From assembly GCA_022711435.1 (NCBI GenBank), contig JAKLFB010000019.1:23521-87520 (forward strand): 64,000 nucleotides of DNA. Direction: 5' to 3'. The notes under the pieces are model-generated. The model had not been told where the DNA came from and made no database searches. It saw only the letters and a list, made by a program, of their open reading frames with translations. Positions 8,494-17,306 of the stretch are shown piece by piece. A program made the position numbers and the translations under genes. The stretch comes from Verrucomicrobiota bacterium (GTDB lineage Bacteria; Verrucomicrobiota; Verrucomicrobiia; Limisphaerales; UBA1319). How positions within the stretch are numbered: the first letter of the stretch is position 1; each line of letters starts with the position of its first letter.

Positions 8494-9648
8494 ATGCTGT
8501 TCTACCTCACCCAATACTGGCTCGAGCAACTCGGCGATTCAGACTGGGGCGAACGCCTCTCGGGGCTGCGCGTCTTTCGCTACATCACGTTCCGCAGCGC
8601 CGGCGCCGCCGTCACCGCCCTGGCTCTCAGCTGGTGGTGGGGACCGCGATTCCTCCGCACGCTGATCCGGCTGGGGGCCGTCCAGAATTACAGCGATCGC
8701 GCCCATCTCGCAGCCGCCCAGGACGGCCAATCCGCACCCCCCGCCCGCCGCGGCGTCCCTACCATGGGCGGCGTCCTCATCATCGCCGCTCTCGATGCCG
8801 CCTGCCTTCTCTGGGCCCAGTGGAACGCCCTCGTCATCCTCACCCTCCTCTCCGTCGTCGTCCTCGCCGGCCTCGGATTCTATGACGATTTCCTCAAGAT
8901 CACTCGGCAGAATCCCGAGGGCGCATCCCCGCGCCTGAAGCTCTGGGTCCAGTTCTCCCTGGCCGCCTTCATCGCCATCTACCTGTGGCTCCGCCCCACC
9001 ACCTCGACGCTCGTCACCGATATCATCATCCCCTTCTATAAACACCCCATCCTCGGCGGCGCTCTGTTCCTCGGCCTGGTCATCACGATCCTGAGCATCG
9101 TCGGCAGCTCCAACGCCGTCAACCTGACCGACGGGATCGACGGCCTCGCCATCGGCTGCACGCTCATCGTCGCCTTCGTCTTCGTCATCCTCACCTACAT
9201 CGCCGGGCATGTCCGGTTCGCCGAGTACCTCTGGGTCCCCTATGTCCCCGGCGCCGGAGAACTGACGGTCGTCTGCGCCGCCCTCATCGGCGCCGGCCTC
9301 GGCTTCCTCTGGTTCAACTGCCAGCCCGCCAGCGTCTTCATGGGCGACACCGGCAGCCTGGCCCTGGGCGGCGCCCTCGGCATCATCGCCGTCCTCATCC
9401 ACCAGCCTTTCATCCTCGTCCTCGCCGGCGGCGTCTTCGTGGCCGAAGGCGCCTCGGCCCTCGTCCAGCGCACCTGGTTCAAATACACGCGGATCCGATT
9501 CGGCCAGGGCGTCCGCGTCTTCCGTCGCGCGCCGCTCCATCACCATTTCCAGGCGCTGGGGTGGACGAATTCCCAGGTCGTCACCCGGTTCTATATCCTC
9601 GGCATCCTCTGCGCCGTCGTCGCGCTCAGCACCCTCAAGCTGCGATGA
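8494..9648 (+). CDS. mraY: Phospho-N-acetylmuramoyl-pentapeptide-transferase MraY
   Basis: Polytopic membrane protein with NAVNLTDGIDGLA, MGDTGSLALGG and HHHF motifs. Confidence 0.93.
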   Translation: MLFYLTQYWLEQLGDSDWGERLSGLRVFRYITFRSAGAAVTALALSWWWGPRFLRTLIRLGAVQNYSDRAHLAAAQDGQSAPPARRGVPTMGGVLIIAALDAACLLWAQWNALVILTLLSVVVLAGLGFYDDFLKITRQNPEGASPRLKLWVQFSLAAFIAIYLWLRPTTSTLVTDIIIPFYKHPILGGALFLGLVITILSIVGSSNAVNLTDGIDGLAIGCTLIVAFVFVILTYIAGHVRFAEYLWVPYVPGAGELTVVCAALIGAGLGFLWFNCQPASVFMGDTGSLALGGALGIIAVLIHQPFILVLAGGVFVAEGASALVQRTWFKYTRIRFGQGVRVFRRAPLHHHFQALGWTNSQVVTRFYILGILCAVVALSTLKLR

Positions 9649-10084
9649 ATCCGCCCGCGCGCATCCTCCCCTTCCCACCGCCTGGCCACCGCCGGATCGC
9701 GAGCCTTCGATCCGATTTTGCGGATTCGCACTTTACTCCTTGCACCGTGCCCGGTTCGTTGTTAGAAGCAGGAGCCAAGGCAGCCATGAAGGCGCCGGCG
9801 GCGGCGGTGGTGCTTTCGCACATGCGTTTCGGCCTGGATCGGATTCCTTTCGAACCCTTGCAGGATGGGCTTCCTCTTGGAGGCAGCCCCTCCGCGGCAG
9901 CTCATTCCAGGCCGTCACGGCGAATCCCGTCCGCCGCACCAGTTGCTGTGATCGCTCGCTCGCGCAATATTGTTCGACAGCCGACGTGGCAGCCATGGGC
10001 CGGTCGGTCCCGACCCCTTCGCGCCCGTCTTTCGGATCCGATACGCCAATCCCAACCCACATCTCTACACCCCCACATCCAACC

Positions 10085-10801
10085 ATGAACACTCCCAATC
10101 CATTGGTCCCCCAGGGTTCGCTCCTAGAAGAACACATGTCCAAGGGCAAATCCAACCTCTTCGTCGCGGTCTTCACGATCCTGGCGATCCACGTGGTCCT
10201 CTTCGCCGGCCTTCTCATGCAGGGCTGCAAACGAGAGAAGGCCGACACCTCGGTCGCGCGCACCCCGACGAATCCGCCCCCGATCAGCGCCTCCTACTAC
10301 ACCCCCACCAGCCCCCCGCCCTCCACGCCCGCCACCTACACGCCCGCCGCCCTTCCGACCGTCGCCTCCAATGAGGTCGCCATTGCTTCCACCCCACCGC
10401 CCGCGACCGAACCCGCTTTCACCGAATACAAGGTCGTTCGCGGCGACTCGCTCTATAAAATCGCCAAGGACCATGGCATCACCCTCCCCGCCCTCCAGAA
10501 GGCCAATCCCGATCTCGATCCCCGCCGCCTGCAGCCCGGACAGGTCATCCAGATCCCCCCGCCCGAATCGGCCGCAGCCCCCTCAGCCCCCGAAGGCGCC
10601 CTCGCCGCCGACGGCTCCACTTCCTACACCGTCAAAGCCGGCGACAACCTGACCCGCATCGCTAAAAACCACGGCATCTCTGTCACGACATTGAAAGCCG
10701 CCAACAACCTGCGCACCGATCGCATCCAGGTCGGCCAAAAGCTCTCGATCCCAGCACCCACTCCCTCCGCCGCCCCGGCGCCCGGCGCTGCGCCGCGGTG
10801 A
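10085..10801 (+). CDS. Membrane-anchored protein with two LysM peptidoglycan-binding domains
   Basis: ATG 10085 inside ORF 9740..10801. TM segment LFVAVFTILAIHVVLFAGLLM and a Pro-rich linker. Two LysM repeats: YKVVRGDSLYKIAKDHGITLPALQKAN...GQVIQIP and YTVKAGDNLTRIAKNHGISVTTLKAAN...GQKLSIP. Confidence 0.8.
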   Translation: MNTPNPLVPQGSLLEEHMSKGKSNLFVAVFTILAIHVVLFAGLLMQGCKREKADTSVARTPTNPPPISASYYTPTSPPPSTPATYTPAALPTVASNEVAIASTPPPATEPAFTEYKVVRGDSLYKIAKDHGITLPALQKANPDLDPRRLQPGQVIQIPPPESAAAPSAPEGALAADGSTSYTVKAGDNLTRIAKNHGISVTTLKAANNLRTDRIQVGQKLSIPAPTPSAAPAPGAAPR

Positions 10802-10834
10802 TCTGGCCCCCTGCCCGGCAACCCCGGCTGCTCC

Positions 10835-11989
10835 ATGAAAACCTCCATCTGGCTGTTGATCGTGAGCGCCGGGGCTCTCCTGGCCTTGGGCTTGGTCATG
10901 CTCTACAGCGCCGAAATGGCCCAGGCCGGCCAGCCCCTCTTCCGCCAGCAGCTCATGTGGTGCGGCATCGGTCTCGCCGCTGCCGCCGCCGCGGCGGCCA
11001 TCGTCGATTATCGATGGCTCAAACACCCCGTGATCTGCGGCGCCGGCTTCCTTCTCGCTGCCCTCGCCCTCGCCCTGGTCCTCTGGTCGCCCCTCGGCGT
11101 TTCCAAGCTCGGCGCCACTCGATGGCTCCGCGTCGGCTTCGCCATGTTCCAGCCTTCCGAGCTGGCCAAGGTCGTCGCCATCGTGTGCCTCGCCGCTTAC
11201 GCCGAATACAATCGGCGCCGGATGCGCAATTGGCGGTGGGGCCTCCTCTACCCCGGCCTTGGCGTCTCCATCCTCCTGCTCCTCATTTTTCGTGAGCCGG
11301 ACTGGGGCGCAACCCTTCACCTGGCGGCCGCCGCCGCCGGCCTGCTCTATTTCGCAGGCGCCCGCGTCTCCTATATCCTCGTCCCTTCTCTGATCGGCCT
11401 GGTCGTCCTGGCGTTCCTTCTCCAAAAAGATCCGGTCCGGCGGGAGCGGGTCGAGGCGTGGCTCGATCCCGAAGCCCACCAGCAGACTGCCGGCCACCAG
11501 CAATGGCGCGGCATCCTCGCCTTCGGATCCGGCGGAGCCTACGGCCTGGGCTTGGGCCACAGCCGCCAGAAACTCGGCTTCCTGCCGGAGCACCAAACCG
11601 ATTTCCTCTACCCCATCGTGGGCGAAGAACTCGGGCTGATCGGATCCCTGGCCGTCCTGGGCCTCCAGTTGACTCTCATCGCCAGCGGCTTCCTCATCTC
11701 CCGCCGCGCAAGCGACTGGTTCGGCTTCTATCTCGGCAGCGGCCTCACGTTGTTGATCGGCATCCAGGCCCTGCTCAACATGGCCGTCGTCACCGCCGTC
11801 CTCCCCAACAAGGGCATCCCCCTGCCCCTCCTGAGCTACGGCGGCTCCAACCTCGTCATGGTCCTCGCCAGCCTCGGCCTGCTCCTCAGCATCGCCCGCC
11901 GCGGCACCAGCCAGCCGCTGCCCATCCCCGAAACCACCCGCGTCCTGGTCGATCAGGAGGAGCACCTCCCCAACCCCCAGCCCGCCTGA
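10835..11989 (+). CDS. ftsW: SEDS-family peptidoglycan glycosyltransferase FtsW
   Basis: Polytopic protein with FQPSELAKV, PEHQTDFLY and LPNKGIPLPLLSYGGSN. Confidence 0.9.
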   Translation: MKTSIWLLIVSAGALLALGLVMLYSAEMAQAGQPLFRQQLMWCGIGLAAAAAAAAIVDYRWLKHPVICGAGFLLAALALALVLWSPLGVSKLGATRWLRVGFAMFQPSELAKVVAIVCLAAYAEYNRRRMRNWRWGLLYPGLGVSILLLLIFREPDWGATLHLAAAAAGLLYFAGARVSYILVPSLIGLVVLAFLLQKDPVRRERVEAWLDPEAHQQTAGHQQWRGILAFGSGGAYGLGLGHSRQKLGFLPEHQTDFLYPIVGEELGLIGSLAVLGLQLTLIASGFLISRRASDWFGFYLGSGLTLLIGIQALLNMAVVTAVLPNKGIPLPLLSYGGSNLVMVLASLGLLLSIARRGTSQPLPIPETTRVLVDQEEHLPNPQPA

Positions 11990-13224
11990 TGGCCGACACC
12001 CCTCCCCATCCCAATGTCGCCATCGCCTGCGGCGGCACCGGAGGGCACCTCTTCCCCGGGATCGCCGTCGCCGATGCCCTCGATTCCATCGGCTGCCATA
12101 TCCGCCTGCTGGTCTCGCCCAAAGAGATCGACCAGGCCACTCTCCGCAGCCAGTCACCATGGCAGATCCTCACGCTCCCGGCCCGCGCCCAGTCCTCCCT
12201 GGGATCCCTCGGCTTCGTGGCCCAATTGGCTCGCAGCTTCTCCCTCGCCCGCCGCTGCTTCCTCGCCGAACCGCCCCACGCCGTCCTCGGCATGGGCGGC
12301 TTCTCCAGCTTCGCTCCCATGGCCGCCGGACGCACCCTCCGAGCCGCCCTCGTCCTCCACGAAGCCAATGCCATCCCCGGCCGCGCCAACCGCTGGATCG
12401 CCCGCTGGTCCGACCATGCCTACGTCCATTTCCCGTCCGCCGGACGGCGGCTCCGCTGCCGCCAAGTCACCTGCGCCGGCATGCCCCTCCGATCCCGCTT
12501 GCAGCCCCAGGATCCATCCGCCTGCCGCCTCATGCTCGGCCTGCACCCCGATCATCCCACCCTCCTCGTCGTCGGCGGCAGCCAGGGCGCCACACCCGTC
12601 AACCAGATCCTCATCCGCTCCATCCCCCTGCTCGCCCGCCACCTGCCCAGCCTCCAGTTCCTTCATCTCACCGGCCCGGCCGATGCCGAGGCCGTCCGCT
12701 CCGCCTACGCCGCCCACGGACGCCGAGCCATCGTCCGCCCTTTCCTGACGGAAATCGAGCTGGCTCTCAACGCTGCGTCCGTCGCCATCAGCCGCGCCGG
12801 AGCTTCCGCGCTCGCCGAATTCGCCGCCCTCCGCCTGCCCGCGATCCTGATCCCCTATCCGCATGCCGCGGATAACCACCAGCACTACAACGCGCTCGCT
12901 TTTGCCGACTGCGGCGCCGCCCGCCTTCTGGCCCAATCCTCCGCCTCCCCGGAGCAGGTCGCCCGTTGGGTTCTCGAGCTGGCGGTCGACTCGCCCGCTC
13001 GCCGCGCCACCCAGAGCGCCCTCGGCCGCTGGCATCGACCTCAGGCTGCGCTCGATATCGCCGCCGGCATCGTCCAGCTCATCCGCGACCGATTCCACAT
13101 CCAGATCCCTCGCGCCACGCCCGCTCTCGACGACGGCTCGAACGCTCCCTTCCAATCCGCGCTTGCCCCGTCTCGTCTCCCTGCAGCTCCGCGCGCCCCC
13201 AAGGAGGTGTCGCTGCCCCGATGA
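11989..13224 (+). CDS. murG: UDP-GlcNAc:lipid I N-acetylglucosamine transferase MurG (with ~50-aa Pro/Ala-rich C-terminal tail)
   Basis: ATG 11989 overlaps the ftsW stop (TGATG). Contains CGGTGGHLFPGIAVA and SRAGASALAEFAALRLPAILIPYPHAADNHQ. Confidence 0.9.
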   Translation: MADTPPHPNVAIACGGTGGHLFPGIAVADALDSIGCHIRLLVSPKEIDQATLRSQSPWQILTLPARAQSSLGSLGFVAQLARSFSLARRCFLAEPPHAVLGMGGFSSFAPMAAGRTLRAALVLHEANAIPGRANRWIARWSDHAYVHFPSAGRRLRCRQVTCAGMPLRSRLQPQDPSACRLMLGLHPDHPTLLVVGGSQGATPVNQILIRSIPLLARHLPSLQFLHLTGPADAEAVRSAYAAHGRRAIVRPFLTEIELALNAASVAISRAGASALAEFAALRLPAILIPYPHAADNHQHYNALAFADCGAARLLAQSSASPEQVARWVLELAVDSPARRATQSALGRWHRPQAALDIAAGIVQLIRDRFHIQIPRATPALDDGSNAPFQSALAPSRLPAAPRAPKEVSLPR

Positions 13225-14204
13225 CCTCTCCAGGCGCACCATCCCCCACCGCATCCCCGGCCCTGTCGATGGCCGCCCGCGCTGATCTCTACCGCCAGCT
13301 CGCCTCGCTTCTTTCCCCCGGCTCCACCGCGCGGTTCGATGAACCCTTGTCGCGCCATACCACCTGGGGCGTCGGCGGCCCGGCCGACCTCTATGTCGAG
13401 CCCGGCTCCGAATCCGATCTCCTGGCCGCCCTCCGCTTCGCTCGCCTCCACCAGATCCGCCTCCGCGTCATCGGCAGCGGATCGAACCTGCTCGTCCTCG
13501 ACCATGGATTCCGCGGGATCATCGTCTGCCTCCGCCATCCCTGCTTCCGCTCGATCGAGCCTGCCCGGGACCAGTTGCGCTGCGGGGCCGGCGCGCCCCT
13601 CGCCGCCATCGTCCGCGAGGCCGCCCGGGCCCGCCTGGGCGGGCTGGAGTTTCTCGAAGGCATCCCCGGCACCGTCGGCGGCGCCCTCCGCATGAACGCC
13701 GGCGCCATGAACCGGTCCTTCTTCGATGTCCTCCTTCGAGTCCGATTCATGAGCCTGGACGGGGCCGTGTCGGAGATCGCCGCCGCCGAGCTCCAGGCCG
13801 GCTATCGCTCCTGCCCGTTCTTCGAGACGCATATCGCCCTCTCCGCGACACTCCAGGCGGCCCCTTCCCCGCCCGAAACCATCCGCCGCCTCATCGCCCT
13901 ATACCGCCGGCGCCGCCAGGCCCAGCCCGCGGGCCGGAGCGCAGGCTGCACGTTCAAAAACCCCGGCGCCATCTCCGCCGGTCAGCTCATCGATGAGCTG
14001 GGCCTCAAAGGCGCCCGAGTCGGCCACGCCGTCGTCTCCACCGTCCACGCCAACTTCATCCTCAACGACGGCGGCGCCACCGCCCGCGACATCCTCGCCT
14101 TGCTCGATCGGATCCGCAGCGAGGTCCGGTCCCGTCGCGGCATCCAGCTCGAACCCGAAGTCCAGATCATCGGCGGCGAGCCCGCCCCTGCCCCCATGCC
14201 ATGA
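13221..14204 (+). CDS. murB: UDP-N-acetylenolpyruvoylglucosamine reductase MurB
   Basis: ATG 13221 overlaps the murG stop (ATGA). Contains HTTWGVGGPADLYVEP, IGSGSNLLV, GIPGTVGGALRMNAGA and SAGCTFKNP. Confidence 0.9.
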   Translation: MTSPGAPSPTASPALSMAARADLYRQLASLLSPGSTARFDEPLSRHTTWGVGGPADLYVEPGSESDLLAALRFARLHQIRLRVIGSGSNLLVLDHGFRGIIVCLRHPCFRSIEPARDQLRCGAGAPLAAIVREAARARLGGLEFLEGIPGTVGGALRMNAGAMNRSFFDVLLRVRFMSLDGAVSEIAAAELQAGYRSCPFFETHIALSATLQAAPSPPETIRRLIALYRRRRQAQPAGRSAGCTFKNPGAISAGQLIDELGLKGARVGHAVVSTVHANFILNDGGATARDILALLDRIRSEVRSRRGIQLEPEVQIIGGEPAPAPMP

Positions 14205-15133
14205 CCGCCCCCCTCCACATTGTCGTGATGCACGGCGGGCCTTCGGCCGAGCGCGATGTCTCGCGCCGCTCCGGCCAGGCGGTGGCTAGCGCCCTGCGAT
14301 CGCTCGGCCACACGGTCGACGAGCTCGATCCTGCGCCCGGCGCCTGGACCTTGCCCCCGTCCACCGACGCCGTCTTCCTCGCCTTGCATGGCGCCTACGG
14401 CGAAGACGGCGCCATCCAGCAGGAGCTCGAGCAACTCGGCGTCCCTTACACCGGGTCTGGACCCGACGCGAGCCGGATCGCGTTCGACAAGGCCCTTGCC
14501 AAGGAGAAGTTCCTTGCCGCCGGCGTCCCCACCGCGCGCTTCGTGCTCCTCCACGATCCCGGCGCCCCTTGGCCCCCTCGCTGGTCCCCCCCTGTCGTCG
14601 TCAAACCCGCCCGCCAGGGATCCAGCGTCGGGCTCCAGTTCGTTCGGCGCCCCGACGATTGGCCCCAGGCCCTCTCCCATGCCTTCGAGTTTGACTCGAA
14701 GGTCCTGATCGAGGAGTTCGTCGCCGGCCGCGAAACCACCGTCGGCATCCTCGGGGATCGGACCCTGCCCGTCGTCGAGGTCCGCCCCCGCCAGGGCCAC
14801 TACGATTTCCAAAACAAATACACCCCCGGCGCGACGGAATATTTCTGCCCCGCCCCTCTGGACCCGGACCTCGCCCTCCGCATCCGGCAGGCCGGTCTCG
14901 CCGCTCACCGCGCCGTCGGCGCCCGCGATTACAGCCGCGTCGATGTCCTACTTACCCCGGACGGCCAGCCTGTTGTTCTCGAAGTCAACACGCTGCCCGG
15001 GATGACGGAAACCAGCCTCCTGCCCAAGGCCGCCGCCGCCGCCGGCATCTCCTACCCAGCCCTCTGCCAAACCATGATCCAGCTCGCCATCGACCGCCCC
15101 AGCCGCCCTCGCATCCCTCAATCCCAATCCTGA
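14201..15133 (+). CDS. ddl: D-alanine--D-alanine ligase
   Basis: HGGPSAERDVS, LHGAYGEDGAIQ and RVDVLL...LEVNTLPGMT. ATGA overlap with murB. Confidence 0.92.
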   Translation: MTAPLHIVVMHGGPSAERDVSRRSGQAVASALRSLGHTVDELDPAPGAWTLPPSTDAVFLALHGAYGEDGAIQQELEQLGVPYTGSGPDASRIAFDKALAKEKFLAAGVPTARFVLLHDPGAPWPPRWSPPVVVKPARQGSSVGLQFVRRPDDWPQALSHAFEFDSKVLIEEFVAGRETTVGILGDRTLPVVEVRPRQGHYDFQNKYTPGATEYFCPAPLDPDLALRIRQAGLAAHRAVGARDYSRVDVLLTPDGQPVVLEVNTLPGMTETSLLPKAAAAAGISYPALCQTMIQLAIDRPSRPRIPQSQS

Positions 15134-15145
15134 TCCGCCCTCACC

Positions 15146-16108
15146 ATGCCCTGGTTCACGTTCCGAAACCGACGCCTGCGACGAGATAAAACCCTCGACG
15201 TGAAAGCGCGCCAGCGATCCCGCCACGCCCAGCGCCTCCGCTTTCTCCTCGCCGCCCTCACCGTCTGCTTCGTCACCTTCATCGCCCTGGTCGTCCTCTG
15301 GCGCGGCGGCGAGTGGATCGTTCAAAACGGCTTCATCCACCATCGCGCCTTCCGCATTCGCCAGGTCCAAACCCGCACCGACGGCCTCCTCTCGCCCGAC
15401 CAGATCCGCTCCTGGTCCGGCGCCCAAATCGGCGATCCCCTGTTCGTCGTCGACCTCAACCGCATCAAGCGCAACCTCGAGCTCGTCCCGCTCGTCCGCG
15501 AAGCCCGCGTCGAACGCGTCTTCCCTGACACGCTCCGCATCACCATCGCTGAGCGCCAGCCCTGCGCCCGCGCCCTCGTCATCGTCCCTCAGCCCGCCCC
15601 CAACACCTATTCCACCGATGTTTATCTCCTCGATTCGGACGGATACGTGATGGTCCCCCTGGAGCCGGGCGACCCGCATGCGATCCAGCCTCCCGCCGCC
15701 GACGCCCTCCCCAATCTCATCGGGCTCCAGCGCGGCGACCTCCGCCCCGGCTGGCCCGCCGTTTCACCCTCCGTCTACGCCGCCCTCCAGCTGATCCAAT
15801 CGTTCGAACGCTCCCCCATGTTCGGATTGGTCGAGCTGGAGGCCATCGACCTCTCGCACCCCGGCCTGCTCCACGTCACCACACGCCAGGGCACATCCAT
15901 CGCCTTCAGCCTCGACCGCCTCGAGCCCCAGCTCCGCCGCTGGCGATCCATCCACGATCTGGGCCGCCGCCTCGGCAAATCCATCGCCACGATCGACCTC
16001 TCCGTCACCAACAACGTCCCGGTCACCTGGATCGCACCCGAGCCCCATCCCCCATCCCACCCGACCGCGCCCCTCCGCACCACCTCATCCCGACGCCGGC
16101 ATGTTTAG
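15146..16108 (+). CDS. ftsQ: Cell division protein FtsQ (POTRA domain)
   Basis: N-terminal TM (LLAALTVCFVTFIALVVLW) and a POTRA-like segment IRQVQTRTDGLLSPDQI...VERVFPDTLRITIAERQP. Position before ftsA. Confidence 0.8.
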   Translation: MPWFTFRNRRLRRDKTLDVKARQRSRHAQRLRFLLAALTVCFVTFIALVVLWRGGEWIVQNGFIHHRAFRIRQVQTRTDGLLSPDQIRSWSGAQIGDPLFVVDLNRIKRNLELVPLVREARVERVFPDTLRITIAERQPCARALVIVPQPAPNTYSTDVYLLDSDGYVMVPLEPGDPHAIQPPAADALPNLIGLQRGDLRPGWPAVSPSVYAALQLIQSFERSPMFGLVELEAIDLSHPGLLHVTTRQGTSIAFSLDRLEPQLRRWRSIHDLGRRLGKSIATIDLSVTNNVPVTWIAPEPHPPSHPTAPLRTTSSRRRHV

Positions 16109-17300
16109 CTCGCCCACCATCGTCGTCGGCCTCGAAATCGGCACCTCCAAAATCTGTGCCATGGTCGGCGAAGTCGACAAGTCCGGCGCCCTCCGCCTCA
16201 TCGGCGTCGGCCAGGCCAAATCCCGCGGCGTCCGCAAAGGCGAGATCGTCGATGCCAGCCCCGTCGAGGAGGACGTCCGCAAGGCGATCGCCGATGCCGA
16301 GGAGATGGCCGACGTCGAGATCCGCAGCGTGTTCCTCGGCATCACCGGCGATCATATCCTCGGATCCAATAACCGCGGCGTCCACACCGTCCTCTCCCAG
16401 GACCGCGAAATCGATGCTGATGACGTCCAGAAGGTCACCCAGAACGCCCGCGCCGCCACCCTCCCACCCGGCCACCACATCATCCATGCCATCCGCCAAT
16501 ACTTCGTCGTCGATGGCCAGGAAGGTGTCGTCGATCCCGTCGGATTCGCCGGCCGCCGCCTCGAAGTCGATCTCCACCTCATCCACGGCAATCTCGATCG
16601 GCTCCGCAACTCCATCAACCTCGTCAACACGCTCCAGCTCGAGGTCGATAACATCGTCTTCAACGGCCTCGCCGCCAACCTCGCCCTCCTCTCGCCCGAG
16701 GAGAAGGACCTCGGCGCGCTCGTCATCGACCTCGGAGCCGGCACCACCGATTTCGTCCTCTGCCGGCAAGGTGTCATCCGACACTCCGGCGTCCTCGCCG
16801 TCGGCGGCGACCACGTCACCAACGACCTCGCCATCGGCCTGAAGATCCCCCTTCACCGCGCCGAATGGCTCAAGACCAACCACGGCTCCGCCCTCGCCGA
16901 TCCCCAGGCCCGCGGCCAATCCATCCCCGGCGCTCCCGATGCCGTCTCCCCCGAAAAACCGGTCAACCTCGAACACCTCCAGCGCATCATGTCCGTCCGG
17001 CTCGAGGAGGTGTTCACGCTCATCGCCCGCGAGCTCGGCGCCGCCGGCCTCCTCGACCACCTCCATGCCGGCGTGTTCCTCTGCGGCGGAGGCAGCCGAA
17101 CCCCCGGCCTCGCTGCCCTCGCCGAGCAGATCTTCCAGTCCCCCGCCGTTCTCGGCCATGCCCACGCCGCCAGCGGCCTCCAGTCCACGCTCGACCAACC
17201 TGAGTTCGCTGTCCCTATTGGCCTGGTCAAATTCGGCGCCATGAACATCAAACAGCAGCGCGATCGGCGCCGCCCCTGGTGGCGCCCCCCCTGGAGTTGA
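16101..17300 (+). CDS. ftsA: Cell division protein FtsA
   Basis: Actin-fold phosphate motifs VGLEIGTSKICAMVGE and VIDLGAGTTDF, plus CGGGSRTPGL. Basic C-terminal tail. Confidence 0.92.
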   Translation: MFSSPTIVVGLEIGTSKICAMVGEVDKSGALRLIGVGQAKSRGVRKGEIVDASPVEEDVRKAIADAEEMADVEIRSVFLGITGDHILGSNNRGVHTVLSQDREIDADDVQKVTQNARAATLPPGHHIIHAIRQYFVVDGQEGVVDPVGFAGRRLEVDLHLIHGNLDRLRNSINLVNTLQLEVDNIVFNGLAANLALLSPEEKDLGALVIDLGAGTTDFVLCRQGVIRHSGVLAVGGDHVTNDLAIGLKIPLHRAEWLKTNHGSALADPQARGQSIPGAPDAVSPEKPVNLEHLQRIMSVRLEEVFTLIARELGAAGLLDHLHAGVFLCGGGSRTPGLAALAEQIFQSPAVLGHAHAASGLQSTLDQPEFAVPIGLVKFGAMNIKQQRDRRRPWWRPPWS

Positions 17301-17306
17301 TCCCCT

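Noticed and set aside
9740-10084. 115-aa N-terminal extension of the LysM ORF
   Set aside because: No G/C third-position bias and no features. ATG 10085 is followed by a short cytoplasmic segment and a TM anchor, as expected.
10583-12160. 525-aa minus-strand ORF
   Set aside because: It is antisense to ftsW and to the murG 5' end. Low complexity.
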